A stretch of DNA of 51,012 nt from the NCBI GenBank assembly GCA_963721455.1, contig CAVRJG010000070.1, positions 1 to 51,012 of the forward strand, in the 5' to 3' direction. Shown here piece by piece: positions 9,056-19,425 of this stretch. This stretch comes from an uncultured Methanosarcinaceae archaeon (GTDB lineage Archaea; Halobacteriota; Methanosarcinia; Methanosarcinales; Methanosarcinaceae). How positions within the stretch are numbered: the first letter of the stretch is position 1; every line of letters begins with the position of its first letter. Under the pieces are notes generated by a model. It saw only the letters and a list, made by a program, of their open reading frames with translations, ran no database searches and was not told the origin of the DNA. The position numbers were made by a program, and so were the translations under genes.

Positions 9056-10750
9056 ATGGGAGCATTAATCTTTTCAGGGCTTATATCAACTTTGCTTGCA
9101 ATCAAAGCATACAAAGCCTTCAACCATCGTAGGATGCCTTTTTCAAAATATTTCATACTCATTATGTTAAGCATGTCTCTTTGGTCTGTGAATTACGCTT
9201 TTGAGGTCGGGTTCATGGACATTGAGGTCAAATATCTTTTTGCTCGCCTCGAGTATATCGGGATTGCCTTTGTTCCGGTAGCATGGTTTCTATTTGCGGC
9301 TGAATATTCAGGGATGTACAGGCAATTCGTGAGAAAGTATGAGAAAGCATTTTTCGTGCTTCCATCCCTTGCAATCCTGTCAATGCTTACGAACAGTCTT
9401 CATAGACTTCACTTTGAGAGTTATTACCTGGATATGTCAGGAGGTTTCCCTCTCCTCGTGCTCGTACATGGACCTTTTTTCTGGATCTTCTATATCTATT
9501 CCCTTACTTCAATCTTACTTGGAATATTTTTCTTCTTCAAGCAGTTCATCCGTCTAACTGCGCCCTACAGGGCTCAGGCAGCAATTGCTCTCACTGCGGC
9601 CTGTATTCCAGTGCTGGGAAACACTCTACATATCGCGGATATAGGTCCCTTTGCATTCTTTGACCCGACTCCCTTTACATTTACAATTACAGGTTTGATC
9701 CTTTTCTGGGGCATCATGCAGCACGAGTTCCTCAATATTATTCCGATTGCCAGGGGAAATGTAATCGAGTCCATGAGTGATGGATATATCGTAGTAGACC
9801 TTACAAATACCATAGTGGACATCAATGAAGCAGCTCTTGAACTGGCAGGAAAGACAAGAAAGGAGGTTGCCGGCATACATTTAAATGAGCTTTTCGGGGA
9901 GGAAATAGATATTTCTCAGAATGAGGCTCATGAAGGAAATTTAAGCAAAGAAATCTCCTTAAAGAGCGGTCTGGAGACAAAATTCTTCACTCTTAGTGTC
10001 AGTCCCCTCATGACCAAAGATAACGCAGAAGGTAAACTGGTGATGATCCACGATATCACCGAGATTTACCAATATCAAGAGGCCTTAAAACAGGCTAACA
10101 AAAAGATAAACCTGATGAGCAATATTACCAGGCATGATATTCTCAATCAGGTGAATGTGCTTTCCGGGTACACCGAACTGATTTCAGAAACTCTTCCTCA
10201 AGATGCCAAGAATGACTCTCGAATAGGAGAGTACCTGAAAAATCTCAATAAAGGCATTGAGACAATCCACAGCCAGATTATTTTCACCAAAGATTATCAG
10301 GAACTCGGGGTAGTTTCCCCTACCTGGCAGTCTATAAGCGGTACAGCAAGAGAGGCGGCTTTTCCCTTTTCCGGTCAGAACTTGAAATTCTCCATCGAGG
10401 AACGCGGACTGGATGTATATGCCGATCCTCTGCTTAGAAAAGCTTTTTACAACCTGTTTGACAACTCAAGGACTCACGGAGAACATGTAACTGAAATCAT
10501 TGTTAGTTCCCGCAGGGTTGGGGACAGTGTTATAATCGAATTAAAAGACGATGGAATAGGAGTTTCTCCTGTAATGAAAGAGCTGATTTTTGAGAAATCC
10601 GTTGGGAAAAACACGGGGTTGGGGCTTTTCCTCGTCAGAGGTATCCTTTCCATTACGGGCATGGAAATAAAAGAGACCGGGATTGAGGGAGAAGGTGCGA
10701 GGTTTGAAATTACAGTACCTGCCGGCAACTGGCGTACAATGGCTTCTTAA
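9056..10750 (+). CDS. Sensor histidine kinase with N-terminal HisKA_7TM membrane domain and PAS domain
   Basis: Multiple TM helices, PAS (IESMSDGYIVVD), H-box ITRHDILNQ, N-box NLFDNS, DDGIG, GLGLFLV G-boxes. The true start may be the in-frame ATC at 9020. Confidence 0.9.
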   Translation: MGALIFSGLISTLLAIKAYKAFNHRRMPFSKYFILIMLSMSLWSVNYAFEVGFMDIEVKYLFARLEYIGIAFVPVAWFLFAAEYSGMYRQFVRKYEKAFFVLPSLAILSMLTNSLHRLHFESYYLDMSGGFPLLVLVHGPFFWIFYIYSLTSILLGIFFFFKQFIRLTAPYRAQAAIALTAACIPVLGNTLHIADIGPFAFFDPTPFTFTITGLILFWGIMQHEFLNIIPIARGNVIESMSDGYIVVDLTNTIVDINEAALELAGKTRKEVAGIHLNELFGEEIDISQNEAHEGNLSKEISLKSGLETKFFTLSVSPLMTKDNAEGKLVMIHDITEIYQYQEALKQANKKINLMSNITRHDILNQVNVLSGYTELISETLPQDAKNDSRIGEYLKNLNKGIETIHSQIIFTKDYQELGVVSPTWQSISGTAREAAFPFSGQNLKFSIEERGLDVYADPLLRKAFYNLFDNSRTHGEHVTEIIVSSRRVGDSVIIELKDDGIGVSPVMKELIFEKSVGKNTGLGLFLVRGILSITGMEIKETGIEGEGARFEITVPAGNWRTMAS

Positions 10751-10896
10751 TAATAAACAAATATACCTGAACAGTTAACAATTCTGTCAAAACCCGGATC
10801 TTTTAAGTTTATATTCATCTATTTTTTGATTTTTTCCTTCCAGCCTATTATATTTTATCTAACCCCCGTGAAGGTTTTTTCATTTATATATTTTAT

Positions 10897-11723
10897 AAGA
10901 AGAAGCGTAAAATCCCAAAGTCTTTAGCTTCGGGGATATAAGCGTCAACTTCTACACAGTGAGCTTATCAAAAAATACATATTTTGATAAATATAATATT
11001 AATAGTATGTTAAAAGCCTATAAATTTAGATTGAATCCTGCAAAATACCAAAAAACGCTGATAGGAAAGCATATCGATAGCTGTAGTTTTGTCTATAATT
11101 GGGCTTTAGAGCAAAAAATAAGATCGTATGAACAAACTAAGAAATCTGTTTCCAAATTTGATCTAAATAGGCAGATTCCAATACTGAAAAAAGATAATCC
11201 GTGGTTAACAAAGGTTAACTCTCAATCACTGCAAGGCATGACTACACAGGTAGAAAATGCCTTCACCCGGTTTTTCAGGGAAAAGAACGGATTTCCTAAG
11301 TTCAAATCTAAAAGGAACCCGATTCAATCTTTCCCCATTCCTCAACATTATCCAGTAGATTTTGAAAAGGGTACTATAAAACTCCCGAAAATAGGGAATG
11401 TTAAAGCCTTTCTACACAGAATATTTGAGGGTGCTTTAAAAACCGCAACCCTTTTGGAAACGTCTAAGGATAAGTATTTCCTTAGTATTCTGGTAGATGA
11501 CAAAAAAGAACTTCCCGAAAAGCAGGGGTTTTCGGAATCGACTACATTAGGGGTTGATGTAGGGATTATGGATTTTGCAGTTCTTTCAAATGGGGAAAAA
11601 ATCGAGAACCCTAAGTTCCTGAAAAGTTCTCTTAAACGTTTAAAAGTTATCCCGAAAAGAGTTAGCCGAAAACAAAAAGGATCTAACAACCGCAGAAAAG
11701 GGATTAAAAGGCTTGCAAAAATC
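10897..11723 (+). mobile_element. Truncated IS200/IS605-family element (left end + 5' two-thirds of tnpB)
   Basis: Left-end hairpin AAATCCCAAAGTCTTTAGCTTCGGGGAT follows TTTAT and is nearly identical to 43079-43130. No right end present. Confidence 0.8.
11007..11723 (+). pseudogene. tnpB: TnpB, C-terminally truncated
   Basis: MLKAYKFRLNP, FPKFKSK, RuvC-I GVDVG. Similarity stops at RLAKI; the RuvC-II Glu, zinc finger and DRD motif are absent. Confidence 0.85.
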
Positions 11724-11724
11724 T

Positions 11725-11837
11725 GTCGTGGGTGTGAGTTATTGAAAACCGTAAACACAAGAATCTCTCTACATTTTCCTCAAATACAGGAGATGTACTC
11801 GCTTTTTCGGAATTGATCAATAACTCGTGTACACGAC
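11725..11837. mobile_element. 113-bp MITE-like element with 21-bp imperfect terminal inverted repeats
   Basis: GTCGTGGGTGTGAGTTATTGA (11725-11745) pairs with TCAATAACTCGTGTACACGAC (11817-11837), 16/21 match. It sits exactly where tnpB homology ends. Confidence 0.65.
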
Positions 11838-11905
11838 CATATTATCAAATTCGAAAATATTCTCAAAAATTCATTCTCTCAGCTACGTCATATCTGGTGG
11901 CAAAC

Positions 11906-12931
11906 ATGAGTAAATTTACCCTGAAAAAGAGATTTGAAAAGGCACTCAAAGGAGAGGCTTTAGATATGGTTCCTGTCTGTTCGGTAACCCAGACCGGCAC
12001 TATCGAGCTTATGGAAATGACTGGAGCATACTGGCCCCAGGCAAATTATGACGCCGAAAAGATGGCTGCGCTTGCACTTGCAGGGTATGAGATTGCAGGA
12101 TTTGAGAACGTGCGCTGTCCTTTCTGCACCACTGTGCTTGCCGAGACCCTTGGCTGCACAGTAGACGAAGGAAGTATCGATATACAGCCCTATGTAACTG
12201 ATTTTCCCTGCAAGAAAAAGAAAGATGTCAGGGATATAACAGTTCCGGATTCGCTTCTCGAAAGCAGGCGGACATCGGTAGTTCTGGATGCAGTTGAAAT
12301 CCTAAAAGAAAAAGTAGGGGAAGATGTGCCTGTTGTTGCCGGGATTGTGGGCCCGGCTGGACTTGCTTCCATGCTCGCCGGAATGAAAAATTACCTTATG
12401 TGGTTTGTGACAAATCCCGAAGTCGTTGAGGAACTGATGGGAGTTCTGACTGACGCCTGCATAGGATACGCCAGTGGTCTGCTCGAGCGGGGAGCAGATG
12501 CCGTAACTCTTATAGACTCGGAGGCAGGGCCTGATATTATTTCCCCTCAAATGTTCGAAACATCTGTTTTCCCGCTCTACAGGAAATTTTGTAGGGAGGT
12601 TAAAGGCCTGAAAGTTCTTCATATGTGTGGGGACGCTACTGCCGTTCTTGACCCACTTGCAGATGCCGGGTTTGAGGGAATAAGCATTGAAGAAAAAGTA
12701 GGTGTGAGTTTTGCAAAGAGGATTGCGGGCAATCGGGTATGCCTTATAGGAAACGTTTCCCCCTCCGATACCCTGCTGACAAAAGGGCCTGACGCAGTTA
12801 TGATTGAAGCCGCTGCCTGCCTTGAAGACGGAATTGATATCCTTGCCCCTGGCTGCGGGCTTGCCCCTCATACCCCACTTAAGAATATAAAAGCGCTTCT
12901 GAGGGCAAGGGATACTTACTTCTCACAATGA
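11906..12931 (+). CDS. mtaA: Methylcobamide:CoM methyltransferase, MtaA/CmuA family paralog
   Basis: PVCSVTQTG, Zn ligands in LHMCG and APGCG, URO-D fold. Start set at ATG 11906 (MSKFTLKKRF). Confidence 0.85.
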   Translation: MSKFTLKKRFEKALKGEALDMVPVCSVTQTGTIELMEMTGAYWPQANYDAEKMAALALAGYEIAGFENVRCPFCTTVLAETLGCTVDEGSIDIQPYVTDFPCKKKKDVRDITVPDSLLESRRTSVVLDAVEILKEKVGEDVPVVAGIVGPAGLASMLAGMKNYLMWFVTNPEVVEELMGVLTDACIGYASGLLERGADAVTLIDSEAGPDIISPQMFETSVFPLYRKFCREVKGLKVLHMCGDATAVLDPLADAGFEGISIEEKVGVSFAKRIAGNRVCLIGNVSPSDTLLTKGPDAVMIEAAACLEDGIDILAPGCGLAPHTPLKNIKALLRARDTYFSQ

Positions 12932-13870
12932 ATTTTCCTGGAGAGCTTCCTGAGAAACCTCTTTAAAAAAGGCTTTCTTGCTCTTTTTTATTTTTTCCGA
13001 ATCTTTAAGGCTTATGAACATTGCGGAAACCATTATGAGAGCACAACCTGCAAGTGTCTCGGAGGATAATCCAATTCCCAGCACGGCTATATCAAAAAAT
13101 ACCCCGCTGACAGGTTCTATCAGAGCAAGAAGGCTGCCGGTCTGGGCTTTAAGGTTGGCAAGCCCGAGAACCGTAAAAATTTCTCCAAAGCCTATGGATA
13201 CTATCCCGAAGGCTGCAAGCACTTTCAGGTTGCCATAAAGACTGCCAGGAGAAACATCGAATGCATAGGGGCTTAAAAGCAAAAAGGCGATCCCCATGGG
13301 CCAGAACATGATTGCAAGCTCCGGGTATTCTGTTTTCAGGATTTTTACATTCATGATCAATGCCGCAAAAACTGCTCCTGAAAGCAAGCCTGCTGCGATG
13401 CCGAGCATATAGGTGCCTGTAAGTTCGATGCCCGAAAGGGCGCCCTCCGGCTTTACTATAAGGAATACCCCTGTAATTGCTACGAAGAGGGCAGCTATAC
13501 TTCCCTTCCCGATTTTCTCATTCAGGATAAGGGGAGAAGCAAGCATTACATAAACAGGAGCCGTATACTGGAGCAGGATAGCTATGGAAACACAGGTGAT
13601 TTTCAGGCAGGTAAAGTAAAGCAGCATGCATGTGACCACAAGTATTCCCTGCAGGAGAAGGCTTCCTTTCTTCTTCTTTAATTTCAAATCTGAAATTCTT
13701 CCTCTGGCAGCTATGTAGATAAAAAGAAACAGCAGGCCGAAGAGCAGCCTGTAGAATATAATGGGATAAATGGCCATATCATGAATACGGTCAATAAAAA
13801 GCCCATTCATGCCGTAGAATGTACAGCCTGCAATTACCGCCAGATGCGCCTTTTTGCTCTCCAGAAACAT
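12923..13870 (-). CDS. EamA/DMT-family transporter
   Basis: About 10 TM helices, LLQYTAPVYV, ILNEK, LIEPV motifs. Confidence 0.88.
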   Translation of the reverse strand: MFLESKKAHLAVIAGCTFYGMNGLFIDRIHDMAIYPIIFYRLLFGLLFLFIYIAARGRISDLKLKKKKGSLLLQGILVVTCMLLYFTCLKITCVSIAILLQYTAPVYVMLASPLILNEKIGKGSIAALFVAITGVFLIVKPEGALSGIELTGTYMLGIAAGLLSGAVFAALIMNVKILKTEYPELAIMFWPMGIAFLLLSPYAFDVSPGSLYGNLKVLAAFGIVSIGFGEIFTVLGLANLKAQTGSLLALIEPVSGVFFDIAVLGIGLSSETLAGCALIMVSAMFISLKDSEKIKKSKKAFFKEVSQEALQENSL

Positions 13871-14241
13871 TCGAGATGGATATACGCGTAGTATTTATAT
13901 ATTTACTGGAAAGATTCGTCGTCGGCTGATATTAAAAAAATAACTGTGATTCCGGTAAATTTATGGCAGGAAATAATTCGAAAGCAGTTAGAGACCTTAT
14001 ACCCGAAATTATCAAACTTTCACCCAGGTCCTAAACTCGTAACGCTGTAAACCCCTCCAGGCCTTATGTCCGGCTCTTCCGGCTGTACGTACGGATATTT
14101 TTGAATATTACGGTCATCCTGTGTTTTTTTGCGATTTCCATTTCTTTTCTTTTCTGCTCTGAATGCCGGGATCAGCCGTCGGCAACTGCTATTTCAACTT
14201 CAATTCGGTTTCTTCCGGGCTTATCAACCATGCAATGCGGA

Positions 14242-15360
14242 TCAACTTTTTCTTCTCTTGCCCTTTCCGGCGGTTGCAACAAGATAAGCCGATACAATCG
14301 CGGCTGTTGCAGGGTAAATGCCAAGAGGTGATTTCTTTTCAACTTTTTCCTTTTTTGCCTCAGGTATTTCCCTCTCGGAACTATCTTCTGTAAACATAAA
14401 GATATCCATCGTACCTTTGCGTTTATCCTGCCAGACTATTTTATTGCCACTAATTGAGGGGTTGCTCTCATACTCAGAAGCTGTAGATACTGTTTTTTCC
14501 TGTCCTGTGGCTATGTCGTAAATAAAAATATTTGTCCCTTTAATTCTCCCGTCAGCCCATACTATCCTTCCATCCGAGATAGCAGGAGTTTTCTGGGGGA
14601 AAGAATTGGTAGCAACTGCCTTCTCCTCTCCTTTGGAGATGTCATACATGTAAATGTCAAGATTTCCGGCGCGCCTGTCTTCCCAGACAATATAGTTGCC
14701 TTCAATAGCAGGGTTTGTTTGTCCCGCAGGATCTGTAACTACCGGAGTCTCTCTGCCTGTATTGATCTCATACATGTAAATATCGTCATTATCATTTCGG
14801 GTATCTTTCCAGACTATAATGTTTCCCGAGATTGCAGGCTGGGTCTGCTCAGCCCCGTCTGTCGTTATTCGTGTTTCCTTTTTGGAGGTGAGGTCATACA
14901 TGTAAATATCCATATTTTGATTCCTGCGGTCTGTCCAGACGACTTTATCGCCTGAGATTGCAGGCTCTGTATGGGAAGCTTTGTCCGAAGTAATCTGGAT
15001 TTTCTTTTTGGAGGTGAGGTCATACACATAGATGTCAGAATTGCCTCTCCTGTCATCCGAGATAGCTATGCGGCTGCCAGAGATTGCAGGCTCCTTTTCA
15101 TCTGTCGAGTCTGAAAAAATGGCAACTTCTGCTCTTCCGGATGAAAAATCGTACATATATATATCCCAGTTTCCATTCCTCTGGTCCTGCCAGACAATGT
15201 AATCCCCTGAGATAACCGGGATAATCTGATTTCCGTAAGCCGAGGTGATCTCCTGTTCAGTTCCATTTAGAGTCTCGCTGGCAGCCGAACATGAGAATGT
15301 CCCCATCATCACAAGTAAAATGACTGAAATAAGCAGAATTGAAAATTTATTATATCTCAA
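14242..15360 (-). CDS. Cell-surface beta-propeller repeat protein with C-terminal TM anchor and basic tail
   Basis: Signal peptide, about 7 repeats of PAISGxxIVWxDxRxGNxDIYMYD, C-terminal KSPLG + hydrophobic stretch + KGKRRKS. Confidence 0.85.
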   Translation of the reverse strand: MRYNKFSILLISVILLVMMGTFSCSAASETLNGTEQEITSAYGNQIIPVISGDYIVWQDQRNGNWDIYMYDFSSGRAEVAIFSDSTDEKEPAISGSRIAISDDRRGNSDIYVYDLTSKKKIQITSDKASHTEPAISGDKVVWTDRRNQNMDIYMYDLTSKKETRITTDGAEQTQPAISGNIIVWKDTRNDNDDIYMYEINTGRETPVVTDPAGQTNPAIEGNYIVWEDRRAGNLDIYMYDISKGEEKAVATNSFPQKTPAISDGRIVWADGRIKGTNIFIYDIATGQEKTVSTASEYESNPSISGNKIVWQDKRKGTMDIFMFTEDSSEREIPEAKKEKVEKKSPLGIYPATAAIVSAYLVATAGKGKRRKS

Positions 15361-15597
15361 TCTTTACACTTCCAACATTCCCTCTGAATTTTATTATGTG
15401 TTTTGAGTATAAAAAAGCTTCAACTCCAGCTTTTTTTATTATTTGTTTTCGGCAAAAGATCATTTTATAGCTGGAAAGTCTCTAAATAGTATATCTCTCC
15501 CCCATACTTTTTAGCAACTCTCTGAGCTTTACTTTTTCTTTCTTTTAAAGAAAATTTCCCGGAACATTTAGTCAGAGTGTAAACTTAATTGTTAGAG

Positions 15598-16260
15598 TTA
15601 AAGCCTTTCAATTTCTACCTTATTCTTTGTCAGGTCTTTTATTTTTTTAACGAATTCATCTTCAAGCTCCTTTTTTATAGGGAGAATAAACTCCACGTTA
15701 TTCGAGTATATTTCTTCCTGGATTATTCCGTATTTCCCCATTAGATTTCTCACTTTCTGGCTTTCCGCATATCCCACACGTACTCTGAACCTGACCTGTT
15801 CGAAGACTTCGGCAATGCCTGCCTCTTCAATAGCCGAGAGTGCCGTATCTCTGTATGCTCTCGAGAGCCCCCCGATACCCAGTTTTATTCCCCCAAAATA
15901 CCGGGCTATGACCACAACCGCATTCAGGATCTCTTTTGATTCCAGTAGTTTAAAAATAGGCTTTCCTGAGCTGCCTGCAGGCTCTCCATCATCGTCATAT
16001 TTGAGGGCAAAGGAATTTCCTTCTTTTACAAAATAAGCCGAAACATTATGGTTTGCATCCTGATGTAATTCCTTTATCATTTTTATGAAAGCTTTTGCCT
16101 CGCATTCACTTTCTACAGGCCTGGCATAACCTATGAACAGGGAATTCTTGAATTCTTTTTGAGACTTGCCACAGCATTTAAGAGTTTTGTAACTTTTCAG
16201 TATTCTATCCTCGGTATTTTTTGATTTATTTTTCCAAACAGGGGTTTTATAGGTCTGCAA
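15598..16260 (-). CDS. YigZ/IMPACT family protein
   Basis: KNSLFIG, ANHNVSAY, DDDGEPAGSSG, RYFGGIKLGIGGLSRAY. Confidence 0.9.
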   Translation of the reverse strand: MQTYKTPVWKNKSKNTEDRILKSYKTLKCCGKSQKEFKNSLFIGYARPVESECEAKAFIKMIKELHQDANHNVSAYFVKEGNSFALKYDDDGEPAGSSGKPIFKLLESKEILNAVVVIARYFGGIKLGIGGLSRAYRDTALSAIEEAGIAEVFEQVRFRVRVGYAESQKVRNLMGKYGIIQEEIYSNNVEFILPIKKELEDEFVKKIKDLTKNKVEIERL

Positions 16261-16601
16261 TTCTTCATCGGAGGAGTCTTATGGCACCTTTAAATACTTT
16301 TCTGTCGCTGAGCAGCTATTCTTTTTCCAATCCCGCGTGCATCTATTCCCTGTTTGAGTATCTATCTCAGATCTATTGCGAAAAATAAATAATACGGACT
16401 GTTCGAGTTCCTATCTTTTCACAGGCAGCCATCCGGGGGTACGTATTCTAATTATATAAACTATTTCGTTCTACTATTTTTTTACCAAATCGAAAAGTTT
16501 TAATGTGATTGGCTGGTCATGCATAAATATCTCATATGAAAATCTCATAATTTTATATGAGCTGGGTGTAAAAAAGGAAGAGAACTCTAGAGGTATTATT
16601 A

Positions 16602-16943
16602 ATGAAAAAAATGTTAAAGATTATAGCAATGCTCCTTATTGTTACTACTGTTATCTTTGCAGCCGGCTGTGCTGAAAAGACTGAAACAGAAGCAGAAAAT
16701 GCAACTTCAGAAGAAGTAACCGCAGAAATTCCAGCAGCAGAAGAGAACGTAGCTGAACCCGAAGCCGCAACTGAAGTTGCAGCTGAAGAATCCGCAGATC
16801 CCTCTGCAGTTGCAGCAGCTCCCGAAAATGAAAACAAAGTATCCGGCGGGATGTCTGCAAACAACACACTTGCAGGCAACGAAACTGCAGACAACAAAAC
16901 TGCAGATAACAAAACTGGAAACGGTAGCGTACCTCCAAAATAA
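16602..16943 (+). CDS. Low-complexity Ala/Glu-rich lipoprotein
   Basis: Lipobox FAAGC after a basic plus hydrophobic leader; ETADNKTADNKT repeat. Confidence 0.75.
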   Translation: MKKMLKIIAMLLIVTTVIFAAGCAEKTETEAENATSEEVTAEIPAAEENVAEPEAATEVAAEESADPSAVAAAPENENKVSGGMSANNTLAGNETADNKTADNKTGNGSVPPK

Positions 16944-16978
16944 AAGATTTAATTTAGCATAAATAAGGAATTATCTAA

Positions 16979-17012
16979 GTAGCCTTTTTAAAAGGCTACG
17001 ATTTTTATTTTT
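16979..17012 (+). terminator. Hairpin + T-tract terminator
   Basis: GTAGCCTTTT-T-AAAAGGCTAC followed by TTTTTATTTTT. Confidence 0.55.
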
Positions 17013-17379
17013 CAAAAACAATTCAATACAAGTCAGCTCGGTTTTATAATTTCCGAATCCGAAATTCTCAGAGAATATTTTAAATAAAGTAGCTCTTGCT
17101 TTTTTTGTTAATGTGCTTGAAACGAATTTTAAAAATAATTAAATAAATTCATTTATAGCAATAGCTCTCAAGGTTATTGAAGCCCTTGAAAACCGTTTTA
17201 CTTCTTGTTTGACCCTTGAATACTCCAGGAGAAATTCGCAGGCAGGTATTGAGACCTATGACCTGGGGCAAGTCACTACTAAACGGTTAATACCTCGATT
17301 AACAATAGTTTCAATCTATAATCATAATTTTTATGTAATGGTTTACCTTAATCATCACTATTGTTACTGAGGCCAAAAA

Positions 17380-18273
17380 ATGAAAGAAACCCTGAAAGCC
17401 TATATTGACCTTACGCGTGCTCACTTTCTTCCGGCATGGCCCCTGATTTTCTGCTCCGGATTGGTGCTTGCTTTTGCAAATTACGGCGGCTTTTCCTGGC
17501 CGCTAATAATTAAAGCTGCTCTCATAGGCCTGTTTGGGTTCGAAGCCGGGTTTGTGCTCAACGATTATGTGGACAGAAACAGAGACAGGCTTGATGTGGA
17601 AAACACACTTACCGGATACTGGCGGCCTTTTAAAGAAAGGCCCATTCCTTCAGGGAAGGTCTCTTCAAAAAATGCTTTCTTGCTGTTTATCCTGCTCGCA
17701 GGAATTACTTCAGCCCTGATTTTCACGCTTCCCTATCCGAATTCGCTCTATGTCTTTGCAATCATGCTGTACTCTTACGGCATTGAGGCTTTTTATCAGG
17801 TTAAAAAAAGAGACCAGAAATACCCGATTGCCCAACTTCTGGGCAGGACTGACTTCACCCTTTTTCCGGCAGCAGGTTATCTCTGCTACGGGCAGCCGGA
17901 TATGACCATGCTTCTCTATATTGTTTTTTTCTATCCCTGGACAATGGCGCACCTGGGATTGAACGACTTTATCGACCTGAAAAACGATCAGGCAAGAGGT
18001 CTGAAATCCATAACCGTTCTTTATGGCGCAAAGAAAACTATGTACTGGATCACAGGCTTTACGGTCCTGCATTTTTTTGCCGCTATTTTCTTTCTCAGGC
18101 AACTTGGAGTTATTGCTCATTATGGCTTTCTTGTGGGTTTTGTGCTTCTTGCAGGCTCAAACCTCTATCTCTGGAAAGAAAAAAGTCCAGCTGCCGGGTT
18201 GAAGATACTTCCCCTTTTCCATGGAACTCTGGTAATCTATGCGGTTTCGATTATTCTTGATTTTGTATATTAA
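17380..18273 (+). CDS. UbiA-family prenyltransferase (paralog 1)
   Basis: NDYVDRNRD and NDFIDLKND Asp-rich motifs, RPIPSG, multiple TM helices. Confidence 0.88.
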   Translation: MKETLKAYIDLTRAHFLPAWPLIFCSGLVLAFANYGGFSWPLIIKAALIGLFGFEAGFVLNDYVDRNRDRLDVENTLTGYWRPFKERPIPSGKVSSKNAFLLFILLAGITSALIFTLPYPNSLYVFAIMLYSYGIEAFYQVKKRDQKYPIAQLLGRTDFTLFPAAGYLCYGQPDMTMLLYIVFFYPWTMAHLGLNDFIDLKNDQARGLKSITVLYGAKKTMYWITGFTVLHFFAAIFFLRQLGVIAHYGFLVGFVLLAGSNLYLWKEKSPAAGLKILPLFHGTLVIYAVSIILDFVY

Positions 18274-18478
18274 ACCGAAAAACTGGGGAAGCCGAAATAG
18301 GGTTCTTTGGAATTTTCTACTTTTTTTCAGTATTCTTTTCCTCGGCCTCTTTTTTCAGTCTCCTCTTTCTTCCACTTTCTCTTTTTCCTTTTCTGCCTTA
18401 TATTCTACTATACAGTAGCTTCTCTGAGTCAATGCCGTTAGTTTCTTATTTCTCTTTACAAAAAGTATAAGCATATAA

Positions 18479-19402
18479 TTGTCTTTTATATTATTCGGGG
18501 TTGAGGGCACGAAAGAAACCATTAAAGCCTTGGTAGATCTGACAAGAGCTCATTTTTTTCTTGTATGGATTTTGCTGTTCTCTTCCGGTCTTGCACTTGC
18601 TTTTAAGAACTATGGGACTTTTTCCTGGCCTGTAACCTTCAAAGCTGTTTTGATAGGGTTTTTCGGGTTTGAAGGCGGGCTTGTGCTCAATGATTACGTT
18701 GACCGGAAAAGAGACCGGCTTGACGTAGAGGGTTCACTTACAGCTTACTGGAGACCTTTCAAAAGCCGGCCGCTTCCGTCCGGAAGGATTTCCCCGAATT
18801 TCGCCCTGACAGCTTTTTTACTTCTTTCCGGGCTCACAGGACTGGTAATGTTTACTTTGCCTTATCCCAATTCCTTTTACGTATTTGTCACAATGCTTTC
18901 ATCATGTATTCTTGAATATTTCTATCAGGTCAAAAGAAAAAACCAGAGCTTTCCCATTGCCCAGCTTGTAGGAAGGATGGACTTCACGCTTTTTCCGGTA
19001 GCAGGTTATCTCTGTTACGGGCTGCCTGACAGGTCTGTGCTGCTCTACCTGCTTTTTTTCTATCCCTGGACTCTTGCACACCTTGCAGTCAACGATTTCA
19101 TTGATACGGAAAATGACAGGGCCAGAGGAATAAAATCGATCCCTGTACTTTACGGCACTCAAGGGACCCTGCTCTGGATCTCAGGTTTTACACTGGTTCA
19201 CTACTTTACAGCATTTCTTTTTTTAAAACAGCTTGAAGATATTGCACTTTACGGTTTTCTGTCAGGCTTTCTGGTACTCGGGTTTGCAAACTATAAGCTT
19301 ATCAGAGAAAAAAGTCAGAAGGCGGGCCTGTTTGCACTTTTTCTTTACCACGTTTCACTCGTGCTCTATTCCGGTTCGATTATCCTCGACTTCCTTTTCT
19401 AA
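18479..19402 (+). CDS. UbiA-family prenyltransferase (paralog 2; start uncertain)
   Basis: NDYVDRKRD, RPLPSG, NDFIDTEND; colinear with paralog 1. The codon aligned with paralog 1's ATG is ACG at 18509. Confidence 0.85.
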   Translation: MSFILFGVEGTKETIKALVDLTRAHFFLVWILLFSSGLALAFKNYGTFSWPVTFKAVLIGFFGFEGGLVLNDYVDRKRDRLDVEGSLTAYWRPFKSRPLPSGRISPNFALTAFLLLSGLTGLVMFTLPYPNSFYVFVTMLSSCILEYFYQVKRKNQSFPIAQLVGRMDFTLFPVAGYLCYGLPDRSVLLYLLFFYPWTLAHLAVNDFIDTENDRARGIKSIPVLYGTQGTLLWISGFTLVHYFTAFLFLKQLEDIALYGFLSGFLVLGFANYKLIREKSQKAGLFALFLYHVSLVLYSGSIILDFLF

Positions 19403-19425
19403 CCTTTTTCTGATCCCATAAAAAT

